From Pseudomonadota bacterium (GTDB lineage Archaea; Thermoplasmatota; SW-10-69-26; JACQPN01; JAJPHT01): a DNA stretch of 64,000 nucleotides. The stretch spans positions 99,815 to 163,814 of the forward strand of contig JAJPHT010000013.1 in NCBI GenBank assembly GCA_021325135.1. The letters run 5' to 3'. Both the position numbers and the translations under genes were made by a program. Under the pieces are notes generated by a model. That model had not been told where the DNA came from. It was given only the letters and a program-made list of their open reading frames with translations, and searched no databases. Numbering within the stretch: the stretch's first letter is position 1; every line of letters begins with the position of its first letter. Positions 43,607-53,100 of the stretch are shown one piece after another.

Positions 43607-46030
43607 ATGGGTGACGTCCGGTACCAGGAGCCCTACTCCAGGATCCTCAAGGCCTCCGACAGGGCGGCCGCGCTCCAGCGGATGAAGGACGACGAGATCA
43701 TCGCGGCCATCGCCGCCACGGCCCGCAAGGAGGACACCTACCTCGCGAACGTCCTGGCCACCGAGGCGATCAACCGCACGCAGCGGACGCGGGCCATCGT
43801 GCGCGCCACGGGAGAGGGCATGCTTGCCATCGACCAGGCCCACGCGATCAGCTTCATGAACCCGGCTGCCGAGCGGCTCCTGCGCGTCCCGTTCGAGGCC
43901 GCATGCAGGCTGGGTCTCCTCGGCGTGCTCGCGGTCGAAGGGCCCGGCGGCGCGCCCGCGCCCCTGGAGGAGCACCCGCTTCTCGTGGCGCTGGAGCGGG
44001 GCGAGACGTGCGAGGAGAGGGCGAGGCGCTTCCTGCGCGCGGACGGCACGGCGTTCCCCGCGTCGTGCGTCGCGACGCCGGTGCGCGTCGAGGGGGAGCC
44101 GCGCGGCGCCGTCATGGTGCTCCGCGACGAGACGGAGAGCCTCGCGGTCCAGGAGGCGCTGCGCGAGAGCGAGGTGCGCCTCCGGACGCTGGTCACGGGC
44201 GCGCCGGTCATCCTCTTCGCCCTCGGGAAGGATGGGCGGTTCACGCTGGCGCAGGGCAAGGGGCTGGAGGACATCGGAGGGACCTCCGACCAGATCGTGG
44301 GCCTCTCCGCCTTCGAGCTGGAGCGGTACGGGCTGGACATCGACGAAGCGGCCCGGCGCGCCCTCGCGGGCGAGGAGGTGGAGCGCGTCATCTCGGCGGG
44401 CGGCTTCTCGTTCCAGACGCGCTGGGCGCCCATCGTCGAGGGGGGCGGCGAGGTGAAGGGCGCCATCGGCGTCGCGACGAACATCACGCAGCTCAAGCGC
44501 GCGCAGGACGACATGCAGCGCGCGCTCTCGCTCCTGGAGGCGACGCTGGAGGCGGCCCAGGACGGCATCCTCGTGGTCGACCGCGCGGGGAAGGTCATGC
44601 GTTGCAACGAGAAGTTCCTCCAGATGTGGCGCCTCCCAGAGCCCGTCGAAGGGGACCTCGACGCCGCGCTGGCGGACGCGATCCAGGAGCTTCGCCGCCC
44701 CGAGGCGTTCCGCGCGCGCCTCGGGGTCCTCGACGAGAGCCCGTGGCTGGAGAGCGCGGACGTGCTGGAGTTCAAGGACGGGCGCGTCTTCGAGCGCTAC
44801 TCGAAGCCCCAGCACATGGGCGCCGAGATCGTCGGCCGCGTGTGGAGCTTCCGCGACGTGACCGAGCGGCGCAGGACGGAGACGCTCCTCCTGGAGAGCG
44901 AGCAGCGCTACCGCTCCTTCTTCGACAACAACCTGGACGGCGTCGCGACGGTGAGCCTGGACGGATTCATCACCGACGTGAACCCGGCGTACTGCGACAT
45001 CGTGGGCTACACGCGCGACGAGCTCATCGGCCGCCGCGCGTCCGACCTCATCGACCCGGAGCGGCGGGCGCAGGACGTGGCGGTGGCGCGCGCGAGCCTC
45101 GCGGGGCCGCCCAGGACGCTGGAGACGCGCCTCGTCCACAAGGACGGGCACCTCGTCGACGTCCGCGGCACGGCGCGCCCCATCGTCGTGGGCGGCGTCA
45201 CGGTGGGCTCCTTCGGCGTCGCGCGCGACGTCACGCAGCGCAAGCGCGCCGAGGAGGCCCTGCGCCGCAGCCGCAAGAGGCTGGCGCAGATCCTGGAGGC
45301 GGCCTCGGTGGGGCTCTGCCTCCAGGACGCCGGCGGGAGCATCGTCATGGCGAACGCCGCGGCGGAGGAGGTCCTGGGCCGCCCGCGGGAGGAGTTGGTG
45401 GGCCGCCCCTTCGGCGACGCCGCGTGGAAGGTGACGACGCCCGAGGGCGCGCCCGTGGAGGCGGAGGACCTCCCCGCCAAGCGCGTGCGCGCGACGGGCC
45501 GGCCGCTGCGCGGCTTCCTCTGCGCGTTCACGCGCGGCGACGGCGCGAGGCGCGTCCTCTCGGTGAGCGCCGCGCCCCTGGCCGACGACGGCGGGGGAGG
45601 CGGGACCATCGTCATGTCGTTCACGGACGTCACGGAGCCCTACGAGACGCGGCGCCAGCTTCGGGAGGCCGAGCAGCGATATCGTTCCGTCTTCGACCTC
45701 GTGCCCGACGGCCTGGGGACGGCGGACCCTGACGGCCGGATCCTCTCGGCGAACCGCGCGCTGGCGAGGCTGCTGGGCCGCGACGTGGGCGAGATCGTCG
45801 GGACCTCCTACGAGTCGTTCGTGGCGCCCGGGGACGTCGAGCGCGTGCGGGCCATCTTCGCGGCCGCGCTGGGCGGGACCACGGCGACGGCCGGGGTCCG
45901 CCTCCTGGGCGCCGACGGCCGGCCCGTCCGCGTCCGCGCGACCGCCGTGCCCATCGTCGTGGACGGGCGCCTCGTGGGCGTGCACGGCGTCGTGCGGCCC
46001 GAGGGGGGTTCGGGGGGCGCAGCCCCCTGA
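43607..46030 (+). CDS. Six-PAS-domain protein with no output domain
   Basis: Six PAS starts (EGML, PVIL, DGIL, DGVA, VGLC, DGLG) with D(V/I)T-type linkers; no H-box, GGDEF or HTH. Confidence 0.88.
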   Translation: MGDVRYQEPYSRILKASDRAAALQRMKDDEIIAAIAATARKEDTYLANVLATEAINRTQRTRAIVRATGEGMLAIDQAHAISFMNPAAERLLRVPFEAACRLGLLGVLAVEGPGGAPAPLEEHPLLVALERGETCEERARRFLRADGTAFPASCVATPVRVEGEPRGAVMVLRDETESLAVQEALRESEVRLRTLVTGAPVILFALGKDGRFTLAQGKGLEDIGGTSDQIVGLSAFELERYGLDIDEAARRALAGEEVERVISAGGFSFQTRWAPIVEGGGEVKGAIGVATNITQLKRAQDDMQRALSLLEATLEAAQDGILVVDRAGKVMRCNEKFLQMWRLPEPVEGDLDAALADAIQELRRPEAFRARLGVLDESPWLESADVLEFKDGRVFERYSKPQHMGAEIVGRVWSFRDVTERRRTETLLLESEQRYRSFFDNNLDGVATVSLDGFITDVNPAYCDIVGYTRDELIGRRASDLIDPERRAQDVAVARASLAGPPRTLETRLVHKDGHLVDVRGTARPIVVGGVTVGSFGVARDVTQRKRAEEALRRSRKRLAQILEAASVGLCLQDAGGSIVMANAAAEEVLGRPREELVGRPFGDAAWKVTTPEGAPVEAEDLPAKRVRATGRPLRGFLCAFTRGDGARRVLSVSAAPLADDGGGGGTIVMSFTDVTEPYETRRQLREAEQRYRSVFDLVPDGLGTADPDGRILSANRALARLLGRDVGEIVGTSYESFVAPGDVERVRAIFAAALGGTTATAGVRLLGADGRPVRVRATAVPIVVDGRLVGVHGVVRPEGGSGGAAP

Positions 46031-46090
46031 CGTCTTGATCGTCGGCTGGGCTTTCTCCTACGTCAGGGGGCCGCGCCCCCCGAACCCCCC
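46003..46090. repeat. 31-bp REP-like inverted repeat (30/31 identical) containing the stop codons of both convergent genes
   Basis: GGGGGGTTCGGGGGGCGC(A/G)GCCCCCTGACGT at 46003-46033 and, inverted, at 46060-46090. Confidence 0.9.
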
Positions 46091-46533
46091 GCTTTTGTCC
46101 GCAGCAGCGCGCGCCGCTTGTACGTGAGGACCTCGGTGCCGTCCTGCTTCGTGACGACGTGGCGGATCTCCACGAGCCCCTGGCCCGGCTTGCTGGTGGG
46201 GCGCTTGGAGACGACCTCGCTTCGCACGCGGATGGTGTCGCCGTGGAAGACGGGCTTCGTGTGCTCGACGTCGTAGTAGCCCAGGTTCGCCACCAGCGTC
46301 CCCGCGGTGAGGTCGCCGACGCTCATGCCCACCGAGAGCGAGAGGGTGAGGAGCCCGTTCACGACGCGCTGGCCGAACTGCGTCGTCTTGGCGTATTCCG
46401 CGTCCAGGTGCAGCGGCTGGTCGTTCATGGTCAGCGCGCAGAAGAGGACGTTGTCCGCCTCGGTGATGGTGCGCCCCTTGTCGTGGTGGATCACCTGGCC
46501 CACCTCCAGGTCCTCGAACCACTTGCCCGGCAT
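46063..46533 (-). CDS. MaoC-family dehydratase
   Basis: WFEDLEVG, RTITEADN..F..LT....PLHLD, FGQRVVNG, PVFHGDTI. Confidence 0.92.
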   Translation of the reverse strand: MPGKWFEDLEVGQVIHHDKGRTITEADNVLFCALTMNDQPLHLDAEYAKTTQFGQRVVNGLLTLSLSVGMSVGDLTAGTLVANLGYYDVEHTKPVFHGDTIRVRSEVVSKRPTSKPGQGLVEIRHVVTKQDGTEVLTYKRRALLRTKAGGSGGAAP

Positions 46534-46591
46534 CGCGCCGGCACGCCCCAAGGGGGGCAAGGGCTTTGTGGGGCGCCTCGGCTGCCGCCGC

Positions 46592-46804
46592 GTGCGCGCG
46601 GAGACCCGGGAGACCCTCGCCCTGGCGGGGAAGACGATCCTCTTCAGCCTGGGGGGCCTCCTTGTCGTCGCCGCGCTGGTGGACCTCGTCGTGGGCGGCC
46701 TGAGCTGGACCGCAGCGGGCGTCCTGGCGACGGGCCTCGTCCTCGCCGGGCTGCCCCTGGGCTTCGCGCTGCGCGACGCGCTGCGGCACGCGCAGAAGCG
46801 TTGA
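46592..46804 (+). CDS. Small two-TM membrane protein
   Basis: Hydrophobic helices; GTG start is a guess. Confidence 0.5.
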   Translation: MRAETRETLALAGKTILFSLGGLLVVAALVDLVVGGLSWTAAGVLATGLVLAGLPLGFALRDALRHAQKR

Positions 46805-46830
46805 AGGCGGGGCCGCGCGTGGGCCCCCTC

Positions 46831-46944
46831 GTGGCCCGCTCCTCCCGCCGCCTCACGCGCCGCGACTGGATCGTCCGCCTGATCGCCATCGTCTTGGCGC
46901 TCTCCTTCCTCGCGGGCCTCGTGTCGGTGGTCCTCCAGCGCTGA
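46831..46944 (+). CDS. Possible single-TM microprotein (37 aa)
   Basis: MARSSRRLTRRDWIVRLIAIVLALSFLAGLVSVVLQR. Confidence 0.45.
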   Translation: MARSSRRLTRRDWIVRLIAIVLALSFLAGLVSVVLQR

Positions 46945-47012
46945 GCGGCGGTTTTTCACCTACCGGCAAGGCTTTGTCCGCTCCCCCGTGCAACGCCCCC
47001 TGGGTGTGCCGC

Positions 47013-47300
47013 ATGCGAGACCAGGTTCCCCGCCCGACCGGAATCGAGACCGCCCAGCGGATCGTCGAGGAGAGCTTCGCCTCGCTGCCCTTCCCCATCG
47101 ACAAGGAGCGGGCCATCGCCCAGGTGGGCGACCGCGCGCTCCCCTGGGACGACACGTTCACCCTGGGGGACATCCTCCGCGGCCTCCCCGACAAGGCGTT
47201 CCGCGACCCCTTCCACGCGGCGCGGGCCGCCGACGAGCGCCTCGCCAGCTTCGTGCGCGCGCTGGAGGCGGTCAAGGCGGCGGAGAGGAGAGGGCGCTGA
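47013..47300 (+). CDS. DUF2795-like small protein
   Basis: LPFPIDK...IAQVGD....TLGDILRGLP...F pattern. Confidence 0.6.
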   Translation: MRDQVPRPTGIETAQRIVEESFASLPFPIDKERAIAQVGDRALPWDDTFTLGDILRGLPDKAFRDPFHAARAADERLASFVRALEAVKAAERRGR

Positions 47301-47736
47301 GCCCCCGGCGCCGGCTCCACACCGTGGGCCCCCGGAACCCGCCCTCCACGTAGCCCATCATCCAGCGGATCTCCTCGCTGTTGTCGTCCCCGTTGTCGTG
47401 CACGAGGTTGGACATGGCGATGGCGACGTCCAGGAGCGCCAGCGCGGCGGGGTCCTTCTCGCGCACGGAGACGAGGAAGCGCTTCGCGTCGGGGCAGCGG
47501 TCGTGGAGGATCACGCGGTCGCGCATGGGGATGAGCGGGTACGTCTTGCAGCGCACGGGGCGCATGGGGCCCAGCTGGCACCCCTTCTCCGGCGTGAGGA
47601 AGTAGCAGGCGCCGCAGCAGCGCTCGTGGCATTGCCGCTCGCCCGCGGCCAGGTGCTCCGCGCAGCGCCACTCGTACTGCTCGGCGAGGGCCGGCTGGAG
47701 CCACCCGGGAGCGACGCGCACGGGCACGCGGGTCAT
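47272..47736 (-). CDS. YkgJ-like Cys-cluster protein
   Basis: CHERCCGACYFL...GCQL...RPVRCKTYP...CP. Confidence 0.75.
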   Translation of the reverse strand: MTRVPVRVAPGWLQPALAEQYEWRCAEHLAAGERQCHERCCGACYFLTPEKGCQLGPMRPVRCKTYPLIPMRDRVILHDRCPDAKRFLVSVREKDPAALALLDVAIAMSNLVHDNGDDNSEEIRWMMGYVEGGFRGPTVWSRRRGLSALSSPPP

Positions 47737-47789
47737 GCGCGCGCAGCGCGCTCCGCAGACATGAAGCCGCGCCGGGGCTCTGGCGCCGC

Positions 47790-48125
47790 GTGCCGAGCCT
47801 GCCTCGCGTCCTGCTTCATGCCGAAGGCGCCGCGGTCCTTGCCCTCTCCGTCTGGCTGTACGCGCGTGGCGGCGCGTCCTGGGGCCTCTTCGCCCTGCTG
47901 ATCCTCGCGCCCGACCTCTCGATGCTGGGCTACCTCGCGGGCCCGCGCGCCGGGGCAGCGACCTACGACCTGGCGCACGCCTACGTCTGGCCCATCGCCC
48001 TCTATGCGCTGGGGCAGGCTCCGCTGGCGCTCATCTGGGCCGCGCACATCGGCGCGGACCGCATGCTGGGCTTCGGCCTGAAGTACCCCACGGGGTTCTG
48101 CGACACGCACCTGGCGCGCGTGTGA
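47790..48125 (+). CDS. DUF4260-family membrane protein
   Basis: LL..EG, LAPDLSMLGYLAG...GA..Y...H, HIGADRMLGFGLKY...F..THL. Confidence 0.85.
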   Translation: MPSLPRVLLHAEGAAVLALSVWLYARGGASWGLFALLILAPDLSMLGYLAGPRAGAATYDLAHAYVWPIALYALGQAPLALIWAAHIGADRMLGFGLKYPTGFCDTHLARV

Positions 48126-48129
48126 GGGC

Positions 48130-49020
48130 TCAGTAGAGGTCCGCCATCAGCGCGGTGCGCTGCTCGGCGGTGACGCCCAGCTTGCGCTTCACGGGGTTCC
48201 CGACCTGGTAGGCGCGCTCGCCCTCCTCGTAGGTGGGCTTCTGCGTCTGGTAGAAGATGCCCACGGGCACCTTGTCCTCGGGGCCCACGGTGGGCCACTC
48301 GATGGCGCGCTGCACCGCCGCGGAGAAGTCCTCCTTGTCGTGGCCCTTCTCCTGGAGGTTGTAGACGCGCTCGCGGAACCAGTCGTAGGTGTTGAGCTTG
48401 TTGTACGTGACGCAGGGGCTCTGCACGTCGATGAACGAGAAGCCCTTGTGCTCGACGCCCTTCTGGATGAGCTCCGCGAGCCCCTTGGCGTCGCCGGAGA
48501 AGCCGCGCGCGACGAACGAGGCGCCCGCCATGAGCGCGAGGCCCACGGGGTTGATCGGGTTCTCGATGTTGCCGAAGGGCGTGGACTTCGTCTTGTGGCC
48601 GATGAGCGAGGTGGGCGAGGTCTGGCCCGTGGTCAGGCCGTAGATCTCGTTGTTCATCACGACGTAGGTGATGTCGAGGTTGCGGCGCATGGCGTGGAGG
48701 AAGTGCCCGACGCCGATGCCGTACCCGTCTCCGTCGCCGCCGGTCGCGATGACGGTGAGGTCCGGGTTCGCGAGCTTGATGCCGGTGGCGACCGGGAGCG
48801 CGCGGCCGTGGAGCGAGTGGATGCCGTAGGCCTTGAGGAAGTGCGGCAGGTTGCTGCTGCACCCGATGCCGGAGACGACGGCGACGTCCTCGGGCTTCTT
48901 GCCCGCGCCGACGAGGGCGCGCGTGACGCCCGTGAGCACCGCGTAGTCGCCGCAGCCGGGGCACCAGGTGGGCTTCGTGTTGACCTTGTAGTCCGCGAGC
49001 TGGACCGTGATGGCAGACAT
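48130..49020 (-). CDS. korB: 2-oxoacid:ferredoxin oxidoreductase, beta subunit
   Basis: WCPGCGD, SGIGCSS, HGRALP.ATG, GGDGD, NNEIYGLTTGQTSPT, SPCVTYN. Confidence 0.95.
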   Translation of the reverse strand: MSAITVQLADYKVNTKPTWCPGCGDYAVLTGVTRALVGAGKKPEDVAVVSGIGCSSNLPHFLKAYGIHSLHGRALPVATGIKLANPDLTVIATGGDGDGYGIGVGHFLHAMRRNLDITYVVMNNEIYGLTTGQTSPTSLIGHKTKSTPFGNIENPINPVGLALMAGASFVARGFSGDAKGLAELIQKGVEHKGFSFIDVQSPCVTYNKLNTYDWFRERVYNLQEKGHDKEDFSAAVQRAIEWPTVGPEDKVPVGIFYQTQKPTYEEGERAYQVGNPVKRKLGVTAEQRTALMADLY

Positions 49021-50795
49021 TAGTGGACCACCTCCTTCTTGGGGGCCATCTTGAGGACGGCGTGCACCTTGGCGACGATGTCCTCGGGCCAGAAGGGCTC
49101 GCCGTCGTACTTGTGGAGCGTGTCGGAGGGGAACCAGCCCGTCTCGGCGCGCAGGAGGCGCTCCAGCTGGCCGGTGTAGTTGCCCTCGATCATGAGGGTG
49201 AAACGCTCCTTCTGGAGCATCTCCTTGAGCTTGCCCCAGTCCAGGGGGTAGAGGTCGGTGAACTCGATGCTGGCGACCTCGACGCCCTCCTTCTTGAGCG
49301 TCGCCATGGCCTCGCGCACGGCGCCGTGGGTGGAACCCCAGGAGACGAGCGTGACCGGGGCGTTGGCGGGGCCCACGCGCTCGGGCATGTGGAGGTCCTT
49401 CTTCGCGCCTTCGAGCTTGTGCATGCGCTTGTCCATCTGCTTCTTGCGCACCTCGATGGCGTCGGGCAGGCCCGCTCGCACGTCGGAGACGAGGGTGCTG
49501 TCCTCGTCGTGCTCGTCGGAGCCGGCGATGAAGGCGCCGTTGGCGGTGCCGGGGATGATGCGGGGGCTCACGCCGCTGGGGGTGAGCTTGTAGCGCAGGC
49601 CGGGGCCGTTGCCGTCCCACCAGACGCCGCGCTCCAGCGTGGCGCGCTCCATGGGGAACTCTTCGCTCGTCTCGAAGTGCTCGGAGAGGAGCAGGTCGCT
49701 GAGCACGAGCACGGGCGTCTGCCACTTCTCCGCGAGGTTGAGCGCGCGGATGGTGGCCTCGTAGGCCTCGGGCACGGTGCGCGGCGCGATCACGATGCGG
49801 GGGTAGTCGCCCTGGCCCGCGCCCATGACCATGTTGAGGTCGCCCTGCTCGGTCTTGGTGGGCAGGCCCGTGGAGGGGCCGCTCCTCTGGGAGACCATGA
49901 CGACGAGGGGCGTCTCGGTGATGCCCGCCATGCCCATGGCCTCCACCATGAGGGCGAAGCCGCCGCCGGAGGTGGCGCACATGGCGCGCGTGCCGGCGTA
50001 GCCCGCGCCGATGGCCATGTTGATGACCGCGATCTCGTCCTCGCACTGCTTGACGACGATGCCCATGTCGGGGCCGTGATCCGCGAGGAACTGGCCCACG
50101 CTGGTGGCGGGCGTCATGGGGTAGAAGGAGTAGAAGTGGCAGCCGCCCGCCATGGCGCCCAGGGCGATGGCCTGGTTGCCGGTGAGGAAGATGCGCTTCT
50201 TGTCGGCGTAGGGAAGCCCGAAGTCCATGGGGCCCCACTTCTCGGTGGCGTAGTTGATGCCCGCCTGCGCGGCCTTGAGGTTCGCGTCGACGACGTCCGC
50301 CTTCTTGTGGCCGAACTGGTCCTCCAGGACGCTCTTGAACTTCTCCACGGGCGCCTTGATGAAGGACATGGCAGCGCCCACCGCGACGGTGTTGGCCATG
50401 ATGGGGTTCGGGCTGAACTCCTTGGCCAGCTCGTAGAGCGGCATGGGGCAGAGGATGACGCCCTTGGGCACGTCGGCCTCGGTGACCTTGACCTTGGAGG
50501 GGTCGAAGATGATGCGTCCGCCCGCCGTGAGCAGGGGCGCGTGGACGTCGACGGTCTGCTTGTTGAGCGCGATGAGGATGTCCGCGTGCTGGCCCACGTA
50601 GAGGACGGGGTCCTTGCCGCCGCGGATCTGGAACCAGACGTGGCCGCCGCGGATGACGGACTGGTAGGAGTTGTAGGCGTAGACGTGCTGCCCGGAGCGG
50701 GAGAGCGTCTTGCCGAAGATCTCGCCGGTCGACGCGACGCCGTCGCCGGCCGCGCCGCCGATGCGGATGCTCACTTCGGTGCGGACCATGGACAT
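49020..50795 (-). CDS. korA: 2-oxoacid:ferredoxin oxidoreductase, alpha subunit (gamma-fused)
   Basis: IGGAAGDG, IRGGH, GNQAIALG, YPMTPAT, EDEIA, TSGGGFALM, QRSGPSTGLPTKTEQGD. Confidence 0.95.
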   Translation of the reverse strand: MSMVRTEVSIRIGGAAGDGVASTGEIFGKTLSRSGQHVYAYNSYQSVIRGGHVWFQIRGGKDPVLYVGQHADILIALNKQTVDVHAPLLTAGGRIIFDPSKVKVTEADVPKGVILCPMPLYELAKEFSPNPIMANTVAVGAAMSFIKAPVEKFKSVLEDQFGHKKADVVDANLKAAQAGINYATEKWGPMDFGLPYADKKRIFLTGNQAIALGAMAGGCHFYSFYPMTPATSVGQFLADHGPDMGIVVKQCEDEIAVINMAIGAGYAGTRAMCATSGGGFALMVEAMGMAGITETPLVVMVSQRSGPSTGLPTKTEQGDLNMVMGAGQGDYPRIVIAPRTVPEAYEATIRALNLAEKWQTPVLVLSDLLLSEHFETSEEFPMERATLERGVWWDGNGPGLRYKLTPSGVSPRIIPGTANGAFIAGSDEHDEDSTLVSDVRAGLPDAIEVRKKQMDKRMHKLEGAKKDLHMPERVGPANAPVTLVSWGSTHGAVREAMATLKKEGVEVASIEFTDLYPLDWGKLKEMLQKERFTLMIEGNYTGQLERLLRAETGWFPSDTLHKYDGEPFWPEDIVAKVHAVLKMAPKKEVVH

Positions 50796-50939
50796 TCACC
50801 GGGTTTCGGGATTGAGGCGACAGACCCTGGTTTCCAGTTTAAGGGTTTGGGCCGGCGCGCCTCTGGAGAAGGCCCCTTGCGCGGCCCATCGAGGGGTGGG
50901 CCAGAGGTGGAATCGCGCAGCCCCCGCCTGCCCCGCTCC

Positions 50940-51302
50940 ATGCCCGACGAGGATGCCCCCGGCGGCGCGCGCGCCACGACCGCGACGGCCCCGCTCCCCC
51001 CCTCCGCGCAGGCCGCGATGGAGGCGGAGCCCCTGGCCCCGCCCGAGCGCCCGCCCTACGACGTGGTCCCGCCCGACGACCTGGTGGGCCTGCGCGCCGT
51101 GCGCGTGATGCTGGCCGACCTCCCCTTCCCGGCGACCCTGCGGCAGCTCGTGGAGCGCGTGGGCGCGTGGCGCGTCCCCATCACGGGCGTCCACTTCCAC
51201 CCCATGCGGCAGTTCCTGGAGGGCATGCCCAACCGGAAGTACCGGAGCCCGAGGGCCGTGCTGCGGGCCATGGCGCGGGCGCACCCGGACCTGCGGCCCT
51301 GA
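50940..51302 (+). CDS. DUF2795-like protein (paralog of 47013-47300)
   Basis: LADLPFPAT..QLVERVG....FLEGMP...Y.S. Confidence 0.6.
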   Translation: MPDEDAPGGARATTATAPLPPSAQAAMEAEPLAPPERPPYDVVPPDDLVGLRAVRVMLADLPFPATLRQLVERVGAWRVPITGVHFHPMRQFLEGMPNRKYRSPRAVLRAMARAHPDLRP

Positions 51303-51695
51303 TCAGCCCGTGGCGCTGGAGGCCCCGCCGCTGCGCCCCGCGTTGACGCGCGCCTCGGCGATGGCCCGCTTGGCGGCGCGGACGGCATGCTCGGCCGCCT
51401 CGATGGAAAGGTGCGCGTGGTCGAGGACCTCGACCAGCTCGACGCGGCCCGTCGCAGCCATGTCGTCGATGGCGAAGGAGGCCTGCGCGGCGTCGAGGGA
51501 GGCCTTGGACGCGGCGAAGGTGTGCTCGGCGGAGTGGTGCGCCTCAAGCGCGCGGGCGAGGTTCGCGGCCTCGGAGGCCAGCGAGGTCGCGCAGTGCGAC
51601 AGCTCCCGCGCGGCGCGGACCGCCTTCCGGGCAAGCTCGTCGTCGCCGTGCACGCCTCCCGGAGCCGAGCCTGGTCGGTTGAAGTTTTGGTCCAT
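51303..51695 (-). CDS. Ala-rich helical hypothetical protein
   Basis: GGAG RBS upstream; amphipathic helices. Confidence 0.55.
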   Translation of the reverse strand: MDQNFNRPGSAPGGVHGDDELARKAVRAARELSHCATSLASEAANLARALEAHHSAEHTFAASKASLDAAQASFAIDDMAATGRVELVEVLDHAHLSIEAAEHAVRAAKRAIAEARVNAGRSGGASSATG

Positions 51696-51696
51696 G

Positions 51697-51945
51697 TCAA
51701 CGTCTCCTTCGGCGCCTCTCCTCGATCCGCTGCTTCGCCGCGGCAAGCTCCCGCTCGGCCTCCTCCAGCGCCCGCCGCGCCGCCTCCACGTCCAGCGTGC
51801 CCCCGCGCATCGCGGCGCGCAGGCGGTCCAGGGCGGCTTCGAGGCGGCGCGTCGCCTGGTCGAGGCCCCGTTCGTCCTCGGGCGAGCCTTCGCGACTCAA
51901 GGCGCTCCTCCGGGCCGCGCCAGCGGCCGATGCCAGATCAGCCAC
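51697..51945 (-). CDS. Small helical-hairpin protein
   Basis: LEAALDRLRAAMRGG...ARRALEEAERELAAA. Confidence 0.55.
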   Translation of the reverse strand: MADLASAAGAARRSALSREGSPEDERGLDQATRRLEAALDRLRAAMRGGTLDVEAARRALEEAERELAAAKQRIEERRRRRR

Positions 51946-51991
51946 TGATCATGAAAATGGTGAGCGGCGGGCACGCTGGGGCCGCCGAAGC

Positions 51992-52189
51992 CTACGAGCG
52001 CGCTTCACGGTTCCGCTGCCGCGCGCGCTCCAGGGCTTCCTGCGCGCGCAGGAGGGCCGCCTCCGCGCGCTCGATCCGACGGGCGAGGTCGGGCGAGCCT
52101 TCGCGCATGGCGGCGAGGAGCGAGGCGCACGCCTGGTCGAACGCCAGGAGCGCCTCGCGAAGCTCCTCTTCGGCCGGCGCGATGTCCAT
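51992..52189 (-). CDS. Small helical-hairpin protein
   Basis: LLAFDQACASLLAAMREG...IERAEAALLRAQEAL; GGAG RBS. Confidence 0.6.
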   Translation of the reverse strand: MDIAPAEEELREALLAFDQACASLLAAMREGSPDLARRIERAEAALLRAQEALERARQRNREARS

Positions 52190-52265
52190 GGCCCGCTTGC
52201 TCCGCCCGCACCCGATGAAAACCTTGCGCGTGCGGTGGTGCGCCAGGGAGGCGAGCCGTCGCCTG

Positions 52266-53030
52266 CTAGGCCAGCGCGTTCAGGAGGCTCCGCAGCGCGT
52301 CGGAGGCGGAGGCCGAGTGCGGGCCCGCGAGGGACGGGATGGGCGCGAGGCGGAAGCGGAACGGGGGCCGCGTCGGGGCCTCCGCGCGGGGCTGGCGCAG
52401 CAGCGGCGTCCCGGGGGGCCACCGCTCCAGCCAGGCGGCCTCGGGGGAGCGCGCGAGGTCGAGGAGGTCGCGCTGCCCGATGGCCTGCCCCAGCGTCGCC
52501 AGGGCGTCGGGACCTACCGCGATGACGGCCTGCGGGCGCAGGAGGGCGAGGAGACCCAGCACGTGCTTCGCCGCCTCCTCGCGCACGGCGGGCGCGGGCT
52601 CCGCGTCGAAGGGAATCGCGTGCCCGAGGTGCGCGACGCCGAAGAGGGCGGGCAGGGGGGCGTCCCCGGCGGCGCGCCAGAACGCCGCGCCCGCGGGGCT
52701 CGCCGCGTCGCCCGCGACGACGTCGAGCCCCAGCCGCTCGCGCGCCTCCCGCGGGCCCGTGAACGGGATGCCCGTGAGGCGCGAGCCCTCGTCGGGCGCG
52801 CCTGCGAGGACGAGGACGCCCGCGCGCGTCAGGCCGCGGGCGTAGAGCTGGAGGTGGTCGTGGAGCGCGGGCCACTGGTCCGCGACGCTGGTCCGGAGGC
52901 GCTTCCCCTCGCGCGCCAGCGACTCTGCGAGACGCGCCTCGGCGGGGAAGAGGGCGCGGTACGCGAGGAGCAGGTCCTCCACGACGTCCGCCTCCTGCGC
53001 GACCAGGTCCACGCCCACGCCGCCGGGCAC
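52266..53030 (-). CDS. Divergent uracil-DNA-glycosylase-superfamily protein
   Basis: LVLAGAP..GSRLTGIPFT and LRPQAVIAVG..A; the usual C-terminal HPS motif is absent. Confidence 0.5.
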   Translation of the reverse strand: MPGGVGVDLVAQEADVVEDLLLAYRALFPAEARLAESLAREGKRLRTSVADQWPALHDHLQLYARGLTRAGVLVLAGAPDEGSRLTGIPFTGPREARERLGLDVVAGDAASPAGAAFWRAAGDAPLPALFGVAHLGHAIPFDAEPAPAVREEAAKHVLGLLALLRPQAVIAVGPDALATLGQAIGQRDLLDLARSPEAAWLERWPPGTPLLRQPRAEAPTRPPFRFRLAPIPSLAGPHSASASDALRSLLNALA

Positions 53031-53100
53031 GTCCAGGCCTCACGATAACGCTTCTCATTCGGACGCGCTTCTGCGCTCCATATGCTCTCGCGAAGGACGC

